Assembly (NCBI GenBank): GCA_016205145.1
Contig: JACQJH010000002.1
Span: 489,696-553,695, forward strand
DNA: 64,000 bases
Origin: Candidatus Iainarchaeum sp.
GTDB lineage: Archaea; Iainarchaeota; Iainarchaeia; Iainarchaeales; JACQJH01
Direction: 5' to 3'
Made by a program: the position numbers and the translations under genes. This document shows positions 19,754-27,516 of the stretch, piece after piece. Every line of letters starts with the position of its first letter. Positions within the stretch are counted from its first letter, which is position 1. A model generated the notes under the pieces. The model saw nothing but the letters and a program-made list of their open reading frames with translations, searched no databases and was not told the origin of the DNA.

Positions 19754-20464
19754 CTATTTCAAATTGAAGGTTTGCCCCGGCGCGAGAATGACCGGCTTTG
19801 TTTTCAGGATGCTTTTCTCTATTTTCTGCCTGAACTCCTGCGGGTCCTGCTTTATGGTCTCGAAAGTGTTGTAGTGCATCGGAATCACATAATCCGGCTT
19901 CATTGTCTTGGTCGCGCGCACAGCATCGACGCAGTCCATTGTCTCGTTGCCGCCGATGGGCAGCAATGCGACGTTCGCCTTTATCTGCGAGAAGGTGTCC
20001 AAAAGCTGGGTGTCGCCGGCATGGTAAACCGTTGTTGTGTCGTCCGAAATCAGGAAACCCATCGGATAGAATGACTGGGGGTGATGCGCGTGCACGGCTT
20101 CGATGTGAAGGCCCCTGCAATTGATTTTTTTCGCAGTGTCAATCGAGTGCATCATCGGCTTCTGGAGCGAAAGCTGGTTCAGGATGGAATCGTGCGCCAC
20201 AACGCACGCGTTCGTCGACCTTGAGAGCCTTTCCACCATCTTCGGCTCGAAATGGTCGAAATGCTCGTGCGTTATGAGTATGACATCGGCCTTTTTCACG
20301 TCTTTTTCGGCGACCGGGCACTTTACGATGCGCTTGAACTCGCTGTTATGCGCGCAGACAAAAAAAGGGTCCACAAGGACGGTCTTGCCGGAAAAGTTGA
20401 GTTTGAAAAAAGCGTGGCCCAAAAACTGTACTTTCAGCGCCAAACAAACCACACCATTAATCAT
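19754..20464 (-). CDS. metal-dependent hydrolase (metallo-beta-lactamase fold, UPF0173-like)
   Basis: 236 aa. Motifs LITHEHFDH and YHAGDT. Confidence 0.7.
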   Translation of the reverse strand: MINGVVCLALKVQFLGHAFFKLNFSGKTVLVDPFFVCAHNSEFKRIVKCPVAEKDVKKADVILITHEHFDHFEPKMVERLSRSTNACVVAHDSILNQLSLQKPMMHSIDTAKKINCRGLHIEAVHAHHPQSFYPMGFLISDDTTTVYHAGDTQLLDTFSQIKANVALLPIGGNETMDCVDAVRATKTMKPDYVIPMHYNTFETIKQDPQEFRQKIEKSILKTKPVILAPGQTFNLK

Positions 20465-20504
20465 ATTGAACCGAGAGGAATATTAATACCTACTTTTCCT
20501 GCAG

Positions 20505-20706
20505 GCAAAAAAAAGCAGATGGTTACTGGGCGAATGCGACGCACCGGAACCCCAAGATTCTGGACACGTCCAAAGCAGATGGGTATTGCATCAGCAATGC
20601 CCCAGAATCCTAAGATTCTGGGCACGTCGCAAAATCCAAGATTTTGCGAAGTACCCGTCGTCGCTCCACGCAGCCGAAACTGCGTCCGGACGGAATCACC
20701 GGCTTG
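20505..20706 (+). repeat. interspersed structured repeat family, long copy with internal triplicated 20-bp motif
   Basis: AAAGCAGATGG, then AAAGCAGATGGGTATTGCATCAGCAATGCCCC, then three copies of C(C/T)AAGATT(C/T)TG(G/C)(G/A)... (ccaagattctggacacgtc, cctaagattctgggcacgtc, tccaagattttgcgaagtac), ...CGTCGTCG..., GCAGCCGAAACTGCG...CCGGCTT. Confidence 0.55.
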
Positions 20707-20755
20707 GAAAACTATTTATACAATAAATGCAGTTGAATTATCTGGGTGGATTGCA

Positions 20756-21571
20756 GTGGAATGTGCTGTTTTGAGCCGGCGGAAACTCTGCCTTGCAGTA
20801 TTGTTGCTTGCCGTCTTTTTCTCCGGGCTTGCGTTTGCCCAGTCCTATGAAATCCAAAAGCACGAAATAGAGATTACGCTCGGCGAAAACGGCGAAACCT
20901 CTGTTGCCGAAAGGTATTACCTGGACTTTCCGAACAGCCTCCAGCTCGAGCGGTTCAAGCAGAAAAGCGAGGAACTCGGCGTCGACCTCCAGAAATGGAG
21001 GGAATTCGACCCGAACATCAGGGTTTTCATCGGCGGCGAGGAGGATGTGAGAAGCGGGGTGCTCAGCTTTGACGGCGCGAAAAAGTTTTTGCAGCTGAGC
21101 TACGGCCTTGAAACCCCGGTCGTTTCAAAGACAAGCGAAACCGGCAGGATAACGACGTTCGAACTCAAAAAAAGCGCGCTCAAGGACTTCCGGACAGGGG
21201 ACACGACTGTCATTCCGGCAGGAACAAGCATAAAAATCAATTTCCCGAAGAATTCGGAAATAATCCAGCCGGTCCAGCCTGCCGCAAAAACAAGCGGCGA
21301 TTCAATCCAATGGACTGGCTATACGCGCTCGAACGCAGTCACGTTGTCATACAGGGTTTTCAAGGAGATTGCGCCGCAGTTCGAGCTGTCCGGCCTGCTC
21401 AAAGGCGCATTCGCAAGCAACGTCTTTCCGCTTGTAGTGCTTTTTGTCATCATCGTGAGCGCGATCGCTTATTCAAGGCGCAGGGCAATCGCGGACCGGA
21501 TCGAGGAATACGTTGTAGAGCACTCCGACTTGGAAGAGGAAACCTTCGAACAGGAAGAGGAAAACCAGTAG
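20756..21571 (+). CDS. hypothetical secreted protein with C-terminal TM anchor and acidic tail
   Basis: The listed ORF 20252..21571 overlaps the upstream hydrolase gene. An in-frame GTG at about 20756 gives a classical signal peptide (MECAVLSRRKLCLAVLLLAVFFSGLAFA-QS). A C-terminal TM helix is followed by EEETFEQEEENQ. Confidence 0.5.
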   Translation: MECAVLSRRKLCLAVLLLAVFFSGLAFAQSYEIQKHEIEITLGENGETSVAERYYLDFPNSLQLERFKQKSEELGVDLQKWREFDPNIRVFIGGEEDVRSGVLSFDGAKKFLQLSYGLETPVVSKTSETGRITTFELKKSALKDFRTGDTTVIPAGTSIKINFPKNSEIIQPVQPAAKTSGDSIQWTGYTRSNAVTLSYRVFKEIAPQFELSGLLKGAFASNVFPLVVLFVIIVSAIAYSRRRAIADRIEEYVVEHSDLEEETFEQEEENQ

Positions 21572-21599
21572 GCCCTGCCTTCAAGACCGCTGCTGAAGT

Positions 21600-21797
21600 T
21601 CAGCTTCCGATTTGTTCCAGTGAAAACGACGCGAAAAGCACGTTCGCCAGTATCCAGAAAAAAGCGACCGCGATTCCAAAACCGGTGAAGGCGGAGCTTT
21701 TCATGAAGCCGTGGCCTGCCCAGCCGAAAAGCACGGCGATTGCGTAAAGCAGCATGAGGAAAAAAAGCGACTGCACTGCGTTGCGTAGAAAGTTCAT
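21600..21797 (-). CDS. small hypothetical membrane protein
   Basis: 65 aa with two hydrophobic helices, immediately downstream of the tandem membrane-protein paralogs. Confidence 0.35.
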   Translation of the reverse strand: MNFLRNAVQSLFFLMLLYAIAVLFGWAGHGFMKSSAFTGFGIAVAFFWILANVLFASFSLEQIGS

Positions 21798-21806
21798 CGG
21801 GCCGCC

Positions 21807-22178
21807 TCAGAAGTTTATCCAGATGTTGTAAACGATTATGAGGAAAATCGCGGAGAATGCCACGACAAGGGGAAGGTAGGGCCTCAGCACGTCCACGTTT
21901 TCCGTGAAAATCGCGGTCGACATCCTTGTCAGGTACATCAGCGACAGGAAGGCGGCGGTGAAATAGACAAAGCCCGTGAAAGTGATGAAGTCGAAGAAGA
22001 CTATGAAAAGGAAGCCGTAGAGGATTGCGCCCATTGCGAAGTTTTTGCCGCTGAAAAGATAGTATGAGCCGGCGAGAAAGCCAAAAACCCAAATAATGTT
22101 GTTGGCGAAGAACAGGAAGATGTAGCCCAGGTCGAAAGCGAGAAGGTGCATCACCAAATCGAGGAAAACGAACGCCAT
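21807..22178 (-). CDS. hypothetical polytopic membrane protein (paralog A)
   Basis: Starts at the internal Met (MAFVFLDLVMHLLAFDLGYIFLFFANNIIWVFGFLAG...). It is a clear paralog of the adjacent 22342..22749 protein; the longer listed ORF upstream is Ser/Cys-rich noise. Confidence 0.55.
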   Translation of the reverse strand: MAFVFLDLVMHLLAFDLGYIFLFFANNIIWVFGFLAGSYYLFSGKNFAMGAILYGFLFIVFFDFITFTGFVYFTAAFLSLMYLTRMSTAIFTENVDVLRPYLPLVVAFSAIFLIIVYNIWINF

Positions 22179-22341
22179 GGTCACACCTTTATCAGCAGGC
22201 TCTCCACAAGCACCAGGAAGAAAACCACGATCAGTCCGGGCAGAGAGAAAAGCGCGTCCGCCACTATCCTGAAGAACAGCGCGTTGATCGCCGCCGCGGC
22301 CGCAAAAATCATTATTGTCCAGATGAGGATGTTGGCGAGGT

Positions 22342-22749
22342 TCATATCCTGATCCACCCCAGGAGCAAGGCGACGTTGAAGAGGATGAAGAAGCCGAAAG
22401 CGAAAACCTCGTTCCAGAGCACAAGGCTGCCGGACATTTCGGCATTGCTTTCAACGAAGTTGAGGAATGAAATCTTGGCCATGTAGTTGAGGAGCAGGAA
22501 TCCTCCGACAAGGAAAACCCAGCCTGAAAGGAAGGCGAAGGAATCCACAAGCGCGATTGAAAGGAAAATCAGCAGGCCTGCATACACGAAATTTTTTCCT
22601 CCGGCAACAAAAAAGGCGAGCGCAAGGAACGCGAAAACCCAGAGAAGGTTGTTCATCATGAAGACGAATAGCCAGCCGAGGTCGAAGGAAAGCAGGTGCC
22701 AAAGGATTTCCAGAAACACGACAACCGTAAAAAAATAGCCCAAAACCAC
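22342..22749 (-). CDS. hypothetical polytopic membrane protein (paralog B)
   Basis: 135 aa. Shares the HLLSFDLGWLFVFMMNNLLWVFAFLA motif with paralog A. Confidence 0.55.
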   Translation of the reverse strand: MVLGYFFTVVVFLEILWHLLSFDLGWLFVFMMNNLLWVFAFLALAFFVAGGKNFVYAGLLIFLSIALVDSFAFLSGWVFLVGGFLLLNYMAKISFLNFVESNAEMSGSLVLWNEVFAFGFFILFNVALLLGWIRI

Positions 22750-22866
22750 CTTAAATAGTTAACTAATTAATCAAATATAGTTATTGGCTGACCTGGCCGA
22801 TTGCCAGAAACCAGCCAAAAACAAAGGCTTAAATTTAGTTATATTGATATAATTATTTGGTTTTTT

Positions 22867-23088
22867 ATGGCTGAAATCACGGCACAGGTAAAGGAATGGG
22901 GGAAGTCTCTCGGCATAATCATACCGAAAAAGTCCGCGGACAGGGAAAAAATAAGGGCCGGCGACAAGGTAAGGGTATTGCTGCTCAGGCAGGCCAATCC
23001 GTTGCAGGAAACTTTCGGCATCGCCAAATTTTCGAAAAGCACGAAGGAAATACTTGACGAAGTCGATAAAGAGGCCTGGGATGCCTGA
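22867..23088 (+). CDS. vapB: AbrB/MazE/SpoVT-type antitoxin (VapB-like)
   Basis: Begins MAEITAQVKEWGKSLGIIIPKK (swapped-hairpin beta-barrel signature). Its stop overlaps the start of the downstream PIN gene. Confidence 0.65.
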   Translation: MAEITAQVKEWGKSLGIIIPKKSADREKIRAGDKVRVLLLRQANPLQETFGIAKFSKSTKEILDEVDKEAWDA

Positions 23089-23443
23089 AAACCTTTTCTT
23101 TTTCGACACCTACGCGTTCTTTGAAATTCTCGCGGGCAATCCGGCTTACAAAAGGTTTGAGTCGGCCGACGCCATAACCACTATTTTCAACCTCGCCGAA
23201 CTGAACTTTGCCCTGAAAAGGGAGGGCAAGGGCTTTGCAGACAAGATAACCAAAAAATACGAAGTCCTGCTTGTGGACGTCACAGCCGAAGACGTCTGCG
23301 AAGCAATGGACTTGCGCATGAAAAACAGAAAACTGTCCATTCCCGACGCAATCGGCTACACCGTGGCAAAACGGCATGGCGCAAAATTCCTGACCGGGGA
23401 CATGCAGTTTGAAAAAATGCCCGACACGGAATTCGTGAAATGA
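23081..23443 (+). CDS. vapC: PIN-domain ribonuclease toxin VapC
   Basis: Begins MPENLFFFDTYAFFEIL with the conserved acidic residues of a PIN domain. Its start overlaps the vapB stop by 8 nt. Confidence 0.65.
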   Translation: MPENLFFFDTYAFFEILAGNPAYKRFESADAITTIFNLAELNFALKREGKGFADKITKKYEVLLVDVTAEDVCEAMDLRMKNRKLSIPDAIGYTVAKRHGAKFLTGDMQFEKMPDTEFVK

Positions 23444-23444
23444 C

Positions 23445-23867
23445 TCAGGCTTGGGCGCGCTTTTTGCCGAAAACCCGGAGCTTTTTGATTTTGCCCTGGA
23501 AGGCAGGTTCAAACGGCAGTTTGAGCAGTTTCAAAAAGTTCTGCACCAGAAAGTCGTCCGTGACGACAGAAAAAGAAGCGCCTTCCGCCTTCAAATCCAT
23601 GGCCAGCGCGACAACGCAAAGGTCTGCTTTGCTGAGCTTGAAATAGTTTTTTTCCTTTGCAATCGCAGCCGCCTTCAGCAGGCTTTCTTTTGAAGGGTCG
23701 CGCACAAAAAGGCTGCCCTGCCTCATGCCAGTTTCAGCAACGCTTTTGGCGCGGAAATCCTTAAGTTCGTCAAGGCACACGTTCGCCATCACGTACTTTT
23801 CATTTTCGCGCAACTCGAAGTTCAAATCATTGATTATGGCGGAAGAATCGAGAAGGTAAAGCATCAA
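23445..23867 (-). CDS. PIN domain protein
   Basis: 140 aa. Begins MMLYLLDSSAIIND..., a PIN/Nob1-like fold signature with conserved Asp residues. Confidence 0.55.
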   Translation of the reverse strand: MMLYLLDSSAIINDLNFELRENEKYVMANVCLDELKDFRAKSVAETGMRQGSLFVRDPSKESLLKAAAIAKEKNYFKLSKADLCVVALAMDLKAEGASFSVVTDDFLVQNFLKLLKLPFEPAFQGKIKKLRVFGKKRAQA

Positions 23868-23921
23868 AGAAAGCTTATTAAAAAAAGGCTTTATATTATA
23901 GTGTTTTAACCCGGTGAAAAA

Positions 23922-25394
23922 ATGGAAAGCATCGAAGGCACTGCAAGGGCTTTGAGCGAAATCGAAAGGAAGGCGCTCAAACAGCTTGCCGGCGGAAAGG
24001 AAAAAACCGAGGAAACCGTTTGCTCGGAAGGCGGCATCAACATCGACTCAGTGCGGAGGGCGTTTGCCTGGCTGCAGCAGAAAGGCCTGATTGGGGTCAG
24101 GGAAGAAAAGGCACGCTCGGCCGAACTCACTCCCGCGGGAAAGGACTGCCTTGAAAAAGGCCTGCCCGAAAAAAGGCTTTTGAACTCGGTCCGGAAAAGC
24201 GGCGGAAAGCTTGCAATGAAGGACGCGCTTGCAAAAAGCGGCCTTGGAAAAGCCGAATTCGGATTCGCGCTCGGATGGAACAAGGCGAAAGCGTTCATCA
24301 TGGTCTTGCCCTCGGAGCAGGGCCCGGTGCTCGAACTCACGGAAGTCGCAAAAGAATTCGCGCAAAAAAAATCCGCTGAAGAGCAGGCGCTTGAAGCAAT
24401 TGAAACAGGCAGTATGCCGGAACAGGAAATTCTCGCAGAATTGGTGAAAAGGGGCATCTGCCAGGAGAAGGAAACTACGACGCGCACCGCCAAAATCAGC
24501 GATGCCGGCAGAAAGGCGCTTGAAATAATCGAAGGCAAAAGCGCCGCGGAAAGAACTTACAACATTTTCGACCCTGTGCCGAGAATGCTTGCCGGCAAAA
24601 GGCAGCCTTACATCCAGTTCCTTTCGCAGATCCGCAGGAAACTCGTCGAACTCGGCTTCCGGGAAATGCCCACCCGCTTAGTCGAACTGGAATTCTACAA
24701 TTTCGACGTTTTGTTCCAGCCGCAGAACCATCCCGCGCGCACCTGGACCGACACTTACCAGCTCAAGCGGCCGGTGCAGGGAAAACTGCCGGACAAGAAA
24801 CTGGTTGCATTGGTGAAACAGGCGCACGAAAGCGGCGGAAAAACGAAAAGTGCCGGGTGGAAATACGGCTGGAGCGAACAAATCGCGCAAAGGCTCATGC
24901 CATGCGCGCACGGCACTGCCGCATCTGCAAGGCAGGTTGCAGGCGGAGTGGAAGTGCCGGGAAAATACTTTGCATTGGCGCGCTGTTACAGGCCCGATGT
25001 TGTCGATGCGACGCATTTGAACGAGTTCAACCAGATGGAAGGCTTCATTGTCGACGAGAGCTTCAATTTCAGGCACCTGCTTGGAATGCTGAAACAGTTT
25101 GCAACCGAAATCGCGGGCGCGGAAGAAGTCAAATTTTATCCCGATTACTATCCTTTCACCGAACCATCGGTTCAGCTTTCCGCAAAGCACCCTACGCTTG
25201 GCTGGATTGAATTCGGCGGAGCCGGCATTTTCAGGCCGGAATTCACCGAACAGTTGGGAGTGAAAGGAAAATGCCTTGCATGGGGCCTCGGCATCGACAG
25301 GCTGGCAATGTTCAAGCTCGGAATCAAGGACATTCGCCAATTGTTTTCAACGGATTTGGAATGGCTGCGGAACGAAAAGATGGTGAGAGTTTGA
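23922..25394 (+). CDS. pheS: phenylalanine--tRNA ligase alpha subunit (archaeal/eukaryotic type)
   Basis: 490 aa. N-terminal winged-helix repeats, then a class II aaRS core (motif 2/3 region ...FNQMEGF..., GAGIFRPEF..., GWGLGIDRLAM). Confidence 0.85.
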   Translation: MESIEGTARALSEIERKALKQLAGGKEKTEETVCSEGGINIDSVRRAFAWLQQKGLIGVREEKARSAELTPAGKDCLEKGLPEKRLLNSVRKSGGKLAMKDALAKSGLGKAEFGFALGWNKAKAFIMVLPSEQGPVLELTEVAKEFAQKKSAEEQALEAIETGSMPEQEILAELVKRGICQEKETTTRTAKISDAGRKALEIIEGKSAAERTYNIFDPVPRMLAGKRQPYIQFLSQIRRKLVELGFREMPTRLVELEFYNFDVLFQPQNHPARTWTDTYQLKRPVQGKLPDKKLVALVKQAHESGGKTKSAGWKYGWSEQIAQRLMPCAHGTAASARQVAGGVEVPGKYFALARCYRPDVVDATHLNEFNQMEGFIVDESFNFRHLLGMLKQFATEIAGAEEVKFYPDYYPFTEPSVQLSAKHPTLGWIEFGGAGIFRPEFTEQLGVKGKCLAWGLGIDRLAMFKLGIKDIRQLFSTDLEWLRNEKMVRV

Positions 25395-25831
25395 CGAAGG
25401 AACCTGGCAGGCGAGTCAAACACCTTCCGTCAACGCAACTCAATGCAGAACTTGGCAGGACAGCGCAAACATTGCGAGAATTGAGCGAAGACCCGTTCCA
25501 GGGAAACGGGACAATTGTTGCAGAAAACCTGAGAGCGTTGGCCGAACTGTGGGCGGAGTATAATGCAAGGAACCATGTTGTCAGGATAAGAAACCCGGAA
25601 CTTGAAGCAATGGTTATCAACACGGTCGGCGAAGTTCTGGGAACATATCGCAACACCCGTCAACTGATAGCTTTAGAGAACACTTGGGGAATAAGGTTCG
25701 GGACGCATTCCGACATGGCGAGGGCCACAGAGCAGGCGCAAAACCACGGAGCCGCGCCGCGAAAGTCTTGGAGAGAAAGGCTAAAGCGGGTTGCCGGAAA
25801 AATTCTGCCGCACAGGAACCTGGGGAAGTGA
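25361..25831 (+). CDS. hypothetical protein in the pheS-pheT spacer (uncertain)
   Basis: An uninterrupted 186-codon frame fills the 440-bp pheS-pheT gap. The only ATG (about 25361) overlaps the pheS 3' end. The product is hydrophilic with no recognisable motifs; this could instead be an ncRNA locus. Confidence 0.25.
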   Translation: MAAERKDGESLTKEPGRRVKHLPSTQLNAELGRTAQTLRELSEDPFQGNGTIVAENLRALAELWAEYNARNHVVRIRNPELEAMVINTVGEVLGTYRNTRQLIALENTWGIRFGTHSDMARATEQAQNHGAAPRKSWRERLKRVAGKILPHRNLGK

Positions 25832-25836
25832 AAAAA

Positions 25837-27516
25837 ATGCCCACACTTGAAATCTCAAAATCCGATTTGGAAAGCCTTTGCGGAAAAAAGTTTTCGCCTG
25901 CCGAGCTGGAAGAGGCATTGCTTTGCGTGAAAGGCGAACTGGAATTAGTTGAGGGTGACAGGCTGCGCGTTGACGTCAAGGAAACCAACCGCCCGGACTT
26001 CTGGAGCACGGAGGGAATTGCGAGGCAGGTAAAAGGTTTTTTGGGAAAGGAAAAGGGCCTGCCAAAATTTTCCGTCAAAAAGGGAAGGGTTGAAATCTTT
26101 GTTGACAAAAGCGTTGAAAAAATCCGCCCGAAAATCGCGGGCGCGGTCGTCTGGGACGTGAAGGTAACGCCGAAACTGCTTGAGCAGATGATCCAATTGC
26201 AGGAAAAGGTCACGCTCACTTTCGGCAGGCGCAGGAAAGAGGCTGCGATCGGATTGTACGATTTTGACAGGATGAAGCCGCCAATACATTACAAGGCATT
26301 CCATCCGAGAAAGCTGAAATTCACTCCGCTTGACTTCAAAAACGAATTGGACTTGGACGAGATTCTGGAATTGCACCCCAAAGGCAGGGAATACGCGCAC
26401 CTTCTCAAGGACTTTCCTGCTTATCCGATTGTCATCGATTCCGCGAAAAATGTTGCAAGCATGCCGCCGGTAATCAACTCCGATTTCACGGGCAAGGTCA
26501 CTGAAAATACAAGAAACCTGTTTGTCGAAGTTACAGGTTCCGACCAGAACGCGGTGAACGTCGCGTTATGCGTGATGGTTTCCGCCTTGGCGGACAGGAA
26601 AGGCATTGTTGAAAGCGTTTCCGTGAAATACGGGAACAAAAAAATCGTTACACCTGACTTTTCCCCGAAAAAAATTCTGATAGGGCTGGATTACATCAAC
26701 GATATTTCCGGCCTCGAACTTTCGCAGAAGCAGGCAATCGAACTGCTCAAAAAAAGCCGCGTGGACGCGAAACCGAAAGGCAAAAGCATCGAAGTTTCGT
26801 ATCCTTCTTTCAGGCAGGACATACTGCATCCGGTCGATGTGGCAGAGGACATAATTGTTGCGTTCGGATACAACAAAATAAATCCGCTGCCGGTGAATGT
26901 TCCGACGATTGGCGCGGAAATGCAGGAAGCGAAACTGCATGAAATTGCCAGGGAAATTTGCGTCGGATTGTGCCTGCAGGAAGTCCTCACGTTTACCTTG
27001 ACGTCAAGGGAAAAGCAGGAGAAACTGATGGGGCTCAAGGGCGAAAGCTTTTCGGAAAAGCTTGCAAAAGAGGCCATGGGCGAAAGCTTTGTCGAAATCC
27101 TCAACCCGGTTTCCGAAAACTGGGCCGTTTACAGGAAAATGCTTGTGCCGGAACTGCTCGACTTCCTGGCAAAAAACAAGAACGTCGAATACCCGCAGAG
27201 GATATTTGAAATCGGAAAGGTTGTCAGCGAAAACCCGGAGAACGACAACGGAGTCGAGGAAAGAAATGTTCTGGCGGTTGCGATTGCAGGCCGCAAAACC
27301 AATTTCACTGAAATAAAGTCACTGCTCGAGGCAGTATGCTCAAACCTGGGCGTGAAGTGCCGGCTCGCGGAATCAAAAAGGGGGTTCCTCAGGAAGGGCA
27401 TGTCCGCGGAAATAACGGTTGAAGGAAAAAAAGGGTTTTTAGGCGAAGTCTCGGAGGAAACCCTGAAAGCCTTCGGGTTGGAGATGCCGGCAACGGTACT
27501 GGAAATGGAAATCTAA
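25837..27516 (+). CDS. pheT: phenylalanine--tRNA ligase beta subunit (archaeal type)
   Basis: Starts MPTLEISKSDLESL. B3/B4 and B5 domains followed by the catalytic-like domain, 559 aa. Confidence 0.85.
   Translation: MPTLEISKSDLESLCGKKFSPAELEEALLCVKGELELVEGDRLRVDVKETNRPDFWSTEGIARQVKGFLGKEKGLPKFSVKKGRVEIFVDKSVEKIRPKIAGAVVWDVKVTPKLLEQMIQLQEKVTLTFGRRRKEAAIGLYDFDRMKPPIHYKAFHPRKLKFTPLDFKNELDLDEILELHPKGREYAHLLKDFPAYPIVIDSAKNVASMPPVINSDFTGKVTENTRNLFVEVTGSDQNAVNVALCVMVSALADRKGIVESVSVKYGNKKIVTPDFSPKKILIGLDYINDISGLELSQKQAIELLKKSRVDAKPKGKSIEVSYPSFRQDILHPVDVAEDIIVAFGYNKINPLPVNVPTIGAEMQEAKLHEIAREICVGLCLQEVLTFTLTSREKQEKLMGLKGESFSEKLAKEAMGESFVEILNPVSENWAVYRKMLVPELLDFLAKNKNVEYPQRIFEIGKVVSENPENDNGVEERNVLAVAIAGRKTNFTEIKSLLEAVCSNLGVKCRLAESKRGFLRKGMSAEITVEGKKGFLGEVSEETLKAFGLEMPATVLEMEI

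Noticed and set aside
19235-20074. 279-aa Arg-rich + strand ORF
   Set aside because: It overlaps RNase Z (same strand, other frame) and the MBL hydrolase (opposite strand) and is a low-complexity R/G/K shadow frame.
25395-25836. RNase P RNA or SRP RNA in the pheS-pheT spacer
   Set aside because: I could not find the conserved P4 strands (GGAAAGUCCGG / ACAGAAAGUGCC-like) or the SRP helix-8 GNAR/AGGG motifs. It is kept only as an unexplained spacer.
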